Source: an uncultured euryarchaeote
GTDB lineage: Archaea > Thermoplasmatota > Poseidoniia > Poseidoniales > Poseidoniaceae
DNA length: 45,278 bases
NCBI GenBank assembly: GCA_937899865.1
Contig: CALBRH010000023.1
Span: 1 to 45,278, forward strand
Reading direction: 5' to 3'
This document shows, piece after piece, positions 1-8,409 of the stretch; the first letter of the stretch is position 1; each line of letters opens with the position of its first letter. The position numbers were made by a program, and so were the translations under genes. The notes beneath the pieces are model-generated. The model had not been told where the DNA came from. It saw only the letters and a list, made by a program, of their open reading frames with translations, and made no database searches.

Positions 1-48
1 AGTCGTAACAAGGTATCTGTAGGGGAACCTGCAGATGGATCACCTCCT
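1..48 (+). rRNA. rrs: 16S rRNA, 3' end (partial, truncated by window)
   Basis: AGTCGTAACAAGGTA (1492 primer region), helix 45 TCTGTAGGGGAACCTGCAGA, and anti-SD tail GATCACCTCCT ending at 48. The helix 45 flanks look Thermoplasmatota-like. Confidence 0.97.
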
Positions 49-56
49 AAGAAACC

Positions 57-97
57 GGAGGCTGGAGTCCTTTTGGGCTCCAGTCTCCACTTTTTTT
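57..97 (+). terminator. GC-rich hairpin plus U-tract downstream of 16S (terminator or processing stem)
   Basis: GGAGGCTGGAGTCC (57-70) pairs with GGGCTCCAGTCTCC (75-88): 14 bp including 2 G-U pairs, TTTT loop, then T7 at 91-97. Confidence 0.7.
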
Positions 98-134
98 ATT
101 CAGTTTCCAGTTTACTTTTTACACTTAGTAGTAC

Positions 135-1031
135 TTATACTAATTCTTGTGCAATTAAATCTGCCAGTTTTTCATTGATAGATTTTCTAAATGTGAGTAA
201 ACATAATTTCGGCGCTTCCAAATTAACAGTAATACTTGCTCCTCGATTAAAATGAACTTCATCCCATCCATCAGGGACGACATATCCTCTATGCATGTCT
301 GATGTGATTACAGTATCTTCATTCGTCCAATCAAACCATGACCATTCTTCATCTTCACGTTGTTGGTGTGGAATTTCTCTAGAAACTACAAAATAATGAT
401 CTCCAATTTCTGAAGTATCAACTTTTTTTCTCATTTTCTGCATAGTACTCTTTTCGAGTATATGATTTAACCATGCACCTTGTCCTAGCCAAGTCGAAAA
501 CACAATTCCACTACTTTGCTGTCGACATTTTTTACCTCCTCTTCTAAGATGGTATTTACTTGGAGCATATTGATGAGTATTTGCGATAAGCAAATCATTC
601 ATTGCAGGATCGGTAGTGAAACGATTACCAGAAGTAGTATCAATAATAGCTTGTAAACGAGGTACTTCGTTGATGATAGAGTTGCCATTTAAAGCAGTAA
701 CAATATCCTCGGCAAATGTATCAACATTAGAATCCATATAGAATCCAAAACTTCCCGCAGGGTCTTGTTCAATTGGGTGTGAATTAACTCCGATGACAGG
801 CGTATCAGCATCGATATTGTGAGAAATACTTGTTAGAGTACCATCTCCGCCCAAAACAATTACCAAATCTCGACCAATAAAGTCAGCACGTCTAACTTTT
901 TCACGAGCAGTAAGGTCAAATTTGACATCAAAACGCTCGCTAATATCGTGCAAAATATCTGTTATTTTCCGTAGACTTTCATCATGTACTTGCTCAAAGT
1001 TTTTCTTGAAAACCACGAGTACATTGGTCAT
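135..1031 (-). CDS. nadK: NAD(H) kinase, NADK2/plant NADK3-like
   Basis: GGDGT motif (VIVLGGDGTL), PVIGVNS, ND motif (AMNDLLI), SSGIVFSTWLGQGAW. Start moved from the track's 1136 to ATG 1031 (MTNVLVVF), which has upstream GAGGCGG and leaves room for a divergent promoter. Confidence 0.85.
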   Translation of the reverse strand: MTNVLVVFKKNFEQVHDESLRKITDILHDISERFDVKFDLTAREKVRRADFIGRDLVIVLGGDGTLTSISHNIDADTPVIGVNSHPIEQDPAGSFGFYMDSNVDTFAEDIVTALNGNSIINEVPRLQAIIDTTSGNRFTTDPAMNDLLIANTHQYAPSKYHLRRGGKKCRQQSSGIVFSTWLGQGAWLNHILEKSTMQKMRKKVDTSEIGDHYFVVSREIPHQQREDEEWSWFDWTNEDTVITSDMHRGYVVPDGWDEVHFNRGASITVNLEAPKLCLLTFRKSINEKLADLIAQELV

Positions 1032-1134
1032 TAACTCCGCCTCATGTATCGCAAGAGTTCTTCCTTCTTCAAGAACACTATGATACGAGTTGTGAGATAC
1101 GAGCCTTGAATAGGTAAGACTCTTACCGGTATTC

Positions 1135-1704
1135 ATGGAACCAAATACCTGGGATGATTTGACAGCAGAAACTGATGAACAGCAGATTTTGATTGATGGA
1201 CAACCAGCTCAAATTTCAACGGGATTTGGCAACCAAATAATTATGTTACAACCACCATCTTCCGCAGCAAAAGTAATTGGTATATTTGTAATAATTTATG
1301 CTGTATTTAATGTAATAGGATTAATTACGAACTTTCTAGCATTCTCAAGTGAAACAATCAATGATGATTTGGGTTATACAAATCTAGACATGATAATCGC
1401 TACGATTCAAGGAATTTCGATAATAGTAACTTGTATGATAGGAGGAATATGGATGTTGAATTATCAAAGGAAAGGTTTGACACTAGTTATGGTTGGAATA
1501 GTTATTGGATTTGTTTGTCAAATTTTTCTTTCCTTTGGTGGCAGCACAGAGGTTGCAGCAACAGATAGTGGTTTAAGTGAAGGCGTAGTTTCAGGAATAT
1601 CAATTGGCATAAGTGCGTTGTGTAGTGCACTATGTGGGCTAATCGTTGCAATTCCGTTGATGGTTTCGAATAATGGTTTGGATGATTCTAAGTTGTTTGG
1701 TTGA
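1135..1704 (+). CDS. Hypothetical 4-TM membrane protein (paralog of the TM domain of 37209-37985)
   Basis: 189 aa ORF with an acidic N-terminus and four hydrophobic helices; no known family recognised. Confidence 0.8.
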   Translation: MEPNTWDDLTAETDEQQILIDGQPAQISTGFGNQIIMLQPPSSAAKVIGIFVIIYAVFNVIGLITNFLAFSSETINDDLGYTNLDMIIATIQGISIIVTCMIGGIWMLNYQRKGLTLVMVGIVIGFVCQIFLSFGGSTEVAATDSGLSEGVVSGISIGISALCSALCGLIVAIPLMVSNNGLDDSKLFG

Positions 1705-1743
1705 TTCACAACATTAATGACTCGTAGTATCCAGCAGTAAGCG

Positions 1744-3102
1744 ATGATAGATACACTCAACCTCCAAGCAGGTTCTTTCAAGATAGTTTTACCATATCGA
1801 TGGCAAGAATGGTTGGGTTATGTTATATTTGGAATATTGGTTATGTTTGGGTTATTGATGACTCTCAGTGGTCTTGAGGGTTCCGTTGATAACCTGTTAG
1901 CAGGATTTTTCATTATGGGTATTGGCTTCTTTGGCCTTTCAGCATGTACTCCAGGCTCTCATCAAAAGGACTTGCATAATATAAGAAGTCAAGCCATCGA
2001 TAAGGCCGAGATTGAAGCTAAAGCCAAACAAAGTGGCCTTACTGTTGATAATTGGCTTCTAAGACAGACCACTTATATTCCAACCAATGACCCTAATGAT
2101 TGGATTTTACCTGCACCAGGACCTGCATCATGGAACAAAGAAAATAGGTACGGTCCAGATGGTGATGGAACGCCTTTGGCTGAACACCCAGTTAAAGTTG
2201 GTACTCCAATACCCGCTAGTTTTAGCTTGTATGGAATATTCGGATTGATGGGAACCTTTTGCTTTATTGCTGGGGCTGGAGTGGTGATGTCTATGTTAGA
2301 AGATACTAATCAAAAGTATATTGCAATTGGTGTAATGTCAGTAATTGCGATAGTTTGGTTGCTTACTGGTTGGCTTAAAGCTAAAATGCTCAATCAGATG
2401 ATTGACACTCCAACATCTTTAGTACGTTCTGTGGCTTTAGGACATAGTGAATTGGTTGGGCAAGTTAGGCCATCTCATGAAGGTGTCCTGAGAGTAGTTG
2501 TTGACGGTAATGATACAATGGTTATGGAAAACATGGTCGCTTTTCATTGGACTTACGAGCAACAGCAAGAAAGAACAGTTACGACAAAAGATGGAACAAG
2601 AACAGAGAGGAGATGGGTTACTATTAGATCAGATTCCGGCGGATGTCCATTTATTCTTCATGATGGAACTGGCGGCATTAGGGTTAATGCACAAAGTTTC
2701 AAGCGTAACGATTATGGTAATTTTATCAAGCGTTGGGATAGTGCTTTTGCCAAATCATTAGGGCAGCAGTTCATGTCATCTCTTATTGCTGGGGCACTTG
2801 GTGGATGGAGAGTAATTGACCATCGTTGGACTCTATATGGTGTAAAATTGGGTAATCCAATTTACCTAATGGGCGAGGTGAAGTCGCGCTCCAGAGAAGA
2901 TATTGATGCTGAGAATCTTGATGGAACTTTGCAAAATAGCATAATTGAAGTATGGGGTGATAAAGATGGAGTGGGCCAGAAAGTCACCTTAAACAGAGGT
3001 ACAGAATTGTCCAACATTGGCCGTTCTAGGTCTTCGGTAGAAATGATTGCACTGCCAATGATATTATTTTTGGGCGCACTTTCTATGCTTGCTTTAGCAT
3101 GA
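1744..3102 (+). CDS. GIDE-domain (MUL1 intermembrane-like) membrane protein, about 5 TM, no RING
   Basis: DTPTSLVRSVALGHSELVGQV ... HWTYEQQ ... RWVTIRSDSGGCPFILHDGTGGIRVN resembles the GIDE domain, flanked by TM helices. Confidence 0.7.
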   Translation: MIDTLNLQAGSFKIVLPYRWQEWLGYVIFGILVMFGLLMTLSGLEGSVDNLLAGFFIMGIGFFGLSACTPGSHQKDLHNIRSQAIDKAEIEAKAKQSGLTVDNWLLRQTTYIPTNDPNDWILPAPGPASWNKENRYGPDGDGTPLAEHPVKVGTPIPASFSLYGIFGLMGTFCFIAGAGVVMSMLEDTNQKYIAIGVMSVIAIVWLLTGWLKAKMLNQMIDTPTSLVRSVALGHSELVGQVRPSHEGVLRVVVDGNDTMVMENMVAFHWTYEQQQERTVTTKDGTRTERRWVTIRSDSGGCPFILHDGTGGIRVNAQSFKRNDYGNFIKRWDSAFAKSLGQQFMSSLIAGALGGWRVIDHRWTLYGVKLGNPIYLMGEVKSRSREDIDAENLDGTLQNSIIEVWGDKDGVGQKVTLNRGTELSNIGRSRSSVEMIALPMILFLGALSMLALA

Positions 3103-3133
3103 AGTTCAAATCCTTGTTTGAATTCGCCACCTC

Positions 3134-4351
3134 ATGGAAGAAGTTGTGATAGTGGGCGGAGCAAGAACTCCATTTTGTGAATGGCAAGGTGGTAAGCGTG
3201 GCGATGGCCAGCCTGGAGGCTTACTGAAGGGTTACAGTGCACTAAAACTCGGTGAAATTGCTATCAAAGGTGCTTTAGAAAAAACAAATACTTCTGCTGA
3301 AAATGTTGATCATGTAGTCATGGGTTATGCATTGCAAACTTGTGACCAAGCAATCTTTGGTGCTAGGCATGCAGGTTTAGGAGCAGGTATTCCTCAAGAA
3401 GTCCCTATGCTGACATTATCAAGAATTTGTGGAAGTGGAGTCCAATCAATAGTTACTGGAGCTCAAATGATTATGTTAGGAGAGGCTGAAACAGTTGTAG
3501 CAGGTGGTATGGAAAATATGTCGCAAGCACCGCATGTCCTTAGAGGGATGCGTGATACATACAAACTAGCCCGCTCTCCTAAGGAAGGTACAGTTTTAGA
3601 AAAGGATATGGAAGACTATCTTTTCACTAATTTACTTGATGGAATGTGTGGCTCTTTTATGGCTCAAACATCTGATGAGATTTGTAAGCGTAAAGGTGTC
3701 ACTAGAGAGGAGACAGATGAATTTGCAGCGCTGTCACATTCACGAACTGCAAATTCTATAGATGCTGGTATATGGGAGCAAGAAATAGTCAAAGTTGGAG
3801 ATATTGGGCATAAAGATGAGGACCATGTGGTTAGAGGAAGCACGCCAGAATCATTAGCTGAATTGAGAACTGCTTTTGGTCCCGAAAGTTTAGTCACAGC
3901 AGGTAATGCTTCAGGAGTAGTTGATGGTGCAGCAGCAGTTGTGATTAAATCTGCAAGCAAAGCATCTGCAGATGGAGATAAGCCACTTGCTCGAATAATT
4001 AGTTGGGGGATAGTTGGTTTGGAGCCAGCAATAATGGCTTATGGTCCTGTTCCATCGTCAAGGAAAGCACTGGAAAAAGCAGGTCTGACAATTGATGATA
4101 TAGATCGCTGGGAAATTAATGAAGCATTTGCAGGTCAAGCAGTTGCATGCGTCAAAGACTTAGGTTTAGATATTGAGAAGGTCAATGTCAATGGAGGTGC
4201 TGTAGGAATTGGGCATCCACTTGCAGCAACAGGAACTAGATTAGTTCTTACTTTGGCTCATGAACTAAAACGTTCAAATGGCCGTTATGGCGTTGCTACA
4301 GCATGTATCGGCGGAGGCCAAGGCATTGCTATGGTAATCGAGTCTATTTGA
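3134..4351 (+). CDS. Acetyl-CoA C-acyltransferase (thiolase)
   Basis: Catalytic Cys in SRICGSG, NEAF, GHPLAATG, CIGGGQG. Confidence 0.95.
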   Translation: MEEVVIVGGARTPFCEWQGGKRGDGQPGGLLKGYSALKLGEIAIKGALEKTNTSAENVDHVVMGYALQTCDQAIFGARHAGLGAGIPQEVPMLTLSRICGSGVQSIVTGAQMIMLGEAETVVAGGMENMSQAPHVLRGMRDTYKLARSPKEGTVLEKDMEDYLFTNLLDGMCGSFMAQTSDEICKRKGVTREETDEFAALSHSRTANSIDAGIWEQEIVKVGDIGHKDEDHVVRGSTPESLAELRTAFGPESLVTAGNASGVVDGAAAVVIKSASKASADGDKPLARIISWGIVGLEPAIMAYGPVPSSRKALEKAGLTIDDIDRWEINEAFAGQAVACVKDLGLDIEKVNVNGGAVGIGHPLAATGTRLVLTLAHELKRSNGRYGVATACIGGGQGIAMVIESI

Positions 4352-4352
4352 T

Positions 4353-5150
4353 TCACAGAATTAGATCAATTAGATAGTTTATCCATGTCAAAGATAGGAC
4401 TCCAATAAAGACTTTAATCAAAATTTTCTCATCAAAGAACTTGAATCCAAGAATAGCGCCAGTTTTTGAGCCAACATAATTTGTTATAACCAATATTACC
4501 AAAAATAATGTTTCATCTAGCAATTGCGAGATTTGATAATCGTTGAGTAGCATGAAATGCGCAACAATCGCAAATGGTACAACAATCATCATGATGTTCA
4601 AACTTGAACCGATAGACTTTCTAGTATCTAAGTTGCCAAAAAATTTCATTGCTGGAACATAAATCATTCCTGCACCAATTGCCATTACACTTGATAGAAA
4701 TCCACCAAAACCTGATAGTGATGTCATTTTTCCAAGTTGGACTTCTCTTTCAACAATTGAATTAGATTGTTCATTGAACATTCTGTTAGCCATTTTAAAA
4801 ATCACAAATCCGACAACAATAACACTTAGAATTTTGAATATCGATTTAAATTGAGTACCGGTAATCATCACAAAAAATACGCCTAACAATGCTCCAGGGA
4901 TGGCGCCCCAAAGAGCAATACCGGTCAATTCATCATCAACATAGGATTTTTTACGATGTTCAATGCCACTTCCATAACTGGTTATTGCACTCAATAATAA
5001 TGAAACTATAATTAATCGCTGATCAATATCCCAACCGCCTACATAATGAAATAATGGGACATAAAGAATTCCACCACCAAGGCCAAGTGGTGCGAATAGA
5101 AACCCTATTGCTAAGACCCCAATTACTATCAAAACATATTCAATTAGCAA
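4353..5150 (-). CDS. Sulfite exporter TauE/SafE (TSUP) family membrane protein
   Basis: Two repeats of the GxGGG-x-PxL-type motif (GLGGGILYVPLF; AIGAGMIYVPAM), about 8 TM. TTG start at 5150. Confidence 0.85.
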   Translation of the reverse strand: MLIEYVLIVIGVLAIGFLFAPLGLGGGILYVPLFHYVGGWDIDQRLIIVSLLLSAITSYGSGIEHRKKSYVDDELTGIALWGAIPGALLGVFFVMITGTQFKSIFKILSVIVVGFVIFKMANRMFNEQSNSIVEREVQLGKMTSLSGFGGFLSSVMAIGAGMIYVPAMKFFGNLDTRKSIGSSLNIMMIVVPFAIVAHFMLLNDYQISQLLDETLFLVILVITNYVGSKTGAILGFKFFDEKILIKVFIGVLSLTWINYLIDLIL

Positions 5151-5219
5151 CTTTAATCCTCAATTATTTCAAGCCTAATTTGCGATAGTATTTATTCTAT
5201 TTCAGTTGTAATACCATAG

Positions 5220-5234
5220 AAAAGGCTCTTAAAG
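5220..5234 (+). promoter_or_regulatory. Putative BRE-TATA (AAAAGG-ctc-TTAAAG) for lemA
   Basis: TTAAAG lies 21-26 nt upstream of ATG 5255, as expected for a leaderless archaeal transcript. Similar AAAAGG-N-TTA motifs occur at 44081-44094 (+) and 16621-16633 (-). Confidence 0.45.
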
Positions 5235-5248
5235 CAATAACTACTGGT

Positions 5249-5827
5249 ATGCATATGGAACTATTACTTATTGGATTACTAGTTGTTGGAGTTATATTTT
5301 TATTCTTTATTTTCTGGTTTTTCTCAACTTGGAATCGTTTGGTAGCATTGGAAGAGAATGCGATTCAAGCATGGTCAAATATCGATGTATTATTGAGACA
5401 AAGGTATGATATGTTACCAAATTTAGAGAGGATTGTTAGTGAGTATGCAAGCCATGAAAAAGATTTGTTCATGGAATTTGCTAAGGCTCGTCAAATGGCT
5501 GCTGGTGCACTTCAAAACAAAGATGTCAAGGGTGTAGGTGCTGCAGAATCAATGATGGCAAATATGATGCCAAGGATTACTGCAGTCGCAGAAGCCTACC
5601 CTGAGTTAAAGGCTGATTCAAATTTCTTGAACATTCAAAGCGAATTAGTTTCAATAGAAAACCAAGTCGCTGACCGAAGAGAAATGTACAACGCATCAGC
5701 AACTAACTACAACAAGGCTATTCAGATGATACCAACAACATTTGTTGCATCGATCAAAGGTTGCCAAAGAAGAGACTTATTCGAAGTACAAGGTGCAGCA
5801 AGAGAAGCTCCAGTTCTGTTTGCATAA
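5249..5827 (+). CDS. lemA: LemA family protein
   Basis: N-terminal TM, then AWSNIDVLLRQRYDMLPNL, YASHE, AEAYPELKADSNF, ENQVADRREMYN. The start may be ATG 5255. Confidence 0.93.
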   Translation: MHMELLLIGLLVVGVIFLFFIFWFFSTWNRLVALEENAIQAWSNIDVLLRQRYDMLPNLERIVSEYASHEKDLFMEFAKARQMAAGALQNKDVKGVGAAESMMANMMPRITAVAEAYPELKADSNFLNIQSELVSIENQVADRREMYNASATNYNKAIQMIPTTFVASIKGCQRRDLFEVQGAAREAPVLFA

Positions 5828-5856
5828 ACCGGAAAAACGACCATCAAGTGTTTGGT

Positions 5857-7248
5857 ATGTTTTTGATTTTTGGCTCCAGCGGGCTTGGTCTTAGGCTTGC
5901 AAAGTGGTGCTCCACTAGGAAAAATTGCACACTAATTGGGCTAGCCAAAGATTTGCCTATTGGTGAAGCTTTGGAAAACTGTGAAATTATTGCTTTACCT
6001 TCATCTATGCCGCTTAGTGATTTACCACTTACAAATAAATCTCCAACTGCTATACTGTACTTAGATGATAAATCAATTAGTGATGAGGAGCCTTTAGAAG
6101 TGATAAAGCGTAAGTGGCCAAAAACCCCAATATTGACTACTATTCCTATTGAAGGAGATGGTTATGACCTAATTAGTATTGATGATATTTCATTTTCAGC
6201 AATGCAGGATAGAATTAGAGGTTGGGAGCGAAAAGAAGGAGCATCAACTTTAGATAATTATCTAAAATCAATATCTGAAAACAGTAGAGTTACTATTTTC
6301 TGTCATGATAACCCTGACCCTGATGCACTTGCTTCTGCACTTGCAATGAATGAGTTGTTTGTCACACATGGTCATGTATCACAAATTGTCCATGGTGGCA
6401 TGATTGAACATCATCAAAATCAAGCTATGGTTAAGGAGTTAGAAATTCCCGTTCGTAGACTTATTCTTGATTGGGAGATAACAGATTTAATCAATGAATC
6501 AGATATTATCATCGCAGTTGATTTCCATCGACCTGGTGCCAATAACATAATGCCAAAGGATTGTATACCTCATATTATCATTGACCATCATTCTGTTGAC
6601 GATCCAGTAACTGCAGATTTGGCGATGGTTAGTTCAGAGTATTCATCAACCTCTTCTATGGTTGCTTCACTGCTGATGAGTAGTGATTTTGAAATGAATT
6701 CAAGAGTTGCAACAGCGTTGGCATTTGGAATAAAAACCGATACATTAGGTTTCACTCGTAATTTTAATGCAGTTGATGTTCGTGCTTTGCTATGGATTAA
6801 TGCATGGGTGGATAAAGAAAAGTTACGTGCTATTGAAATGCCACCAAGGTCAATTGAAGCACTTGAATCATTTTCTGTAGCTCTAAATGATAAATTACAC
6901 TATGATAATCTAATCATTGCACCTGTTCACAATTTGACCAATAGAGATTCACTTGCTCAAATTGCAGATTTCCTACTTCCAACTGAGGGTATTGATACAG
7001 TAATAGCATTTGGAATAAGGCGTAACAAAGTTATTTTATCTGTACGTTCAAACAGAGAAGGTCTTCATGTTGGTAAAATTTTGTCAAGTCATTTCCCTGA
7101 AGGATTGGCAGGTGGACACAAGTCATTAGGTGGGGGGCAAATTCCATTTGATGTGATTGTTGAAAATAATGAACAATTAGATGAGAATCATCATATCCTT
7201 ATTATGGAAGAAACCAAGAAATTATTGTATGATATTTTTACAAATTGA
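5857..7248 (+). CDS. DHH/DHHA1 phosphoesterase (NrnA-like) with degenerate N-terminal TrkA-N/RCK-like domain
   Basis: HDNPDPDA, VDF, IDHH, GIKTDT, AGGHKSLGGG. Start moved from the track's 5761 (which overlaps lemA) to ATG 5857 (MFLIFGSSGLG). Confidence 0.88.
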   Translation: MFLIFGSSGLGLRLAKWCSTRKNCTLIGLAKDLPIGEALENCEIIALPSSMPLSDLPLTNKSPTAILYLDDKSISDEEPLEVIKRKWPKTPILTTIPIEGDGYDLISIDDISFSAMQDRIRGWERKEGASTLDNYLKSISENSRVTIFCHDNPDPDALASALAMNELFVTHGHVSQIVHGGMIEHHQNQAMVKELEIPVRRLILDWEITDLINESDIIIAVDFHRPGANNIMPKDCIPHIIIDHHSVDDPVTADLAMVSSEYSSTSSMVASLLMSSDFEMNSRVATALAFGIKTDTLGFTRNFNAVDVRALLWINAWVDKEKLRAIEMPPRSIEALESFSVALNDKLHYDNLIIAPVHNLTNRDSLAQIADFLLPTEGIDTVIAFGIRRNKVILSVRSNREGLHVGKILSSHFPEGLAGGHKSLGGGQIPFDVIVENNEQLDENHHILIMEETKKLLYDIFTN

Positions 7249-7293
7249 GGTGATATAATTTCAAACACACTGGTTGTAGAGATAAGTTCTAAT

Positions 7294-8409
7294 TTGCGTT
7301 TATTGGGTACTGCTCACGTTTCTACCAAAAGTGTTGAAGCAGTAAAACAACAGATTGAGGAATTCAAACCAGAAGTAGTGGCTGTAGAGTTATGTAAATC
7401 GAGATATGATTCTTTAGTAAGTGGACGTAGACTGGACAAAGAAGGTTTACTGAAGGTGATAAAAGAAGGCAAAGCACCATTGGTACTATTACAATCGTTA
7501 TTGGCAGCAGAGCAGAGAAAACTTGGTTTAGATGAGGGGCAGCAACCAGGCGCAGAATTGTTAGCGGCAGTAACTATCTCTGAGGATTTAGGAATTGACG
7601 TTGAATTAATTGATAGAGATATTCAAACCACTTTACGTAGAGCATGGAGGAAAATGAAATTTAGAGAGAAGTTCAAGATTCTTTATTCAATGCTCGGTGA
7701 AGATGAAGAAGAAGATGAAGTTGATCTTGATGAGATACTGGAGAATCGTGATATCTTATCTGACTTGATGAATGAGTTGAAAGAATTTTCACCAGGTGCT
7801 GGTCAAGTACTTATTGATGAAAGAGATGAATTTCTTGCACAGAAGATCTTGGGAATTGACAGCAATAAAAGAACATTAGCAATCGTGGGAGCAGGTCATT
7901 TGAGTGGCATAGAAAATCACCTTGCTAATAATCAGCCAAAGTATAGTATTGATGAATTATCAATGGTGCCAAAACGTTCTCTGTTCTCTAAGAGCATTCC
8001 TTGGCTAATACCTATGTTCGTCTTTGGCTTATTTGGCTTCTTAATGTATCAGGGGAGTAGTGTAGATATCATTGAATTATTCACCGTTTGGACATTGGCA
8101 AATGCAGTTTTAGCAGCAATAGGGTGTATTATTGCAAGAGGTCATATTTTAGCAGTCCTAACCGCAGCCTTAGCATCGCCAATTACTTCACTTAATCCAA
8201 CCTTAGCAGCAGGATGGTTTGCTGGTTATGTTCAATTAAAAGTAGCTGAACCAACAGCTGAAGATTTACAGCAATTCCTCAAATTAGAATCATTAGGGAG
8301 TTTTTGGTCAAATAAGGCTGGAAGGGTGTTATTAGTTACCGCTTTAACAAATCTCGGCAGTATGCTTGGAGCATGGGTTGCTGCTGCAGGATTAATTGGT
8401 GGAATCTAA
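7294..8409 (+). CDS. TraB/GumN (PrgY-like, Tiki superfamily) protein with C-terminal TM helices
   Basis: LLGTAHVS, VAVELC, IDRD, ERDEFLA, IVGAGH, then SLNPTLAAGWFAG in the membrane part. The real start may be upstream at 7258 (see findings). Confidence 0.9.
   Translation: MRLLGTAHVSTKSVEAVKQQIEEFKPEVVAVELCKSRYDSLVSGRRLDKEGLLKVIKEGKAPLVLLQSLLAAEQRKLGLDEGQQPGAELLAAVTISEDLGIDVELIDRDIQTTLRRAWRKMKFREKFKILYSMLGEDEEEDEVDLDEILENRDILSDLMNELKEFSPGAGQVLIDERDEFLAQKILGIDSNKRTLAIVGAGHLSGIENHLANNQPKYSIDELSMVPKRSLFSKSIPWLIPMFVFGLFGFLMYQGSSVDIIELFTVWTLANAVLAAIGCIIARGHILAVLTAALASPITSLNPTLAAGWFAGYVQLKVAEPTAEDLQQFLKLESLGSFWSNKAGRVLLVTALTNLGSMLGAWVAAAGLIGGI

Noticed and set aside
1032-1136. 35-aa N-terminal extension of the NAD kinase in the ORF track
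   Set aside because: It would overlap the divergent gene start at 1135 and remove promoter space; ATG 1031 has an SD-like site.
7294-8409. TraB as evidence of conjugation or a mobile element
   Set aside because: This is the TraB/PrgY/GumN (Tiki) family, unrelated to type IV secretion TraB; no relaxase, VirB4 or integrase is present.
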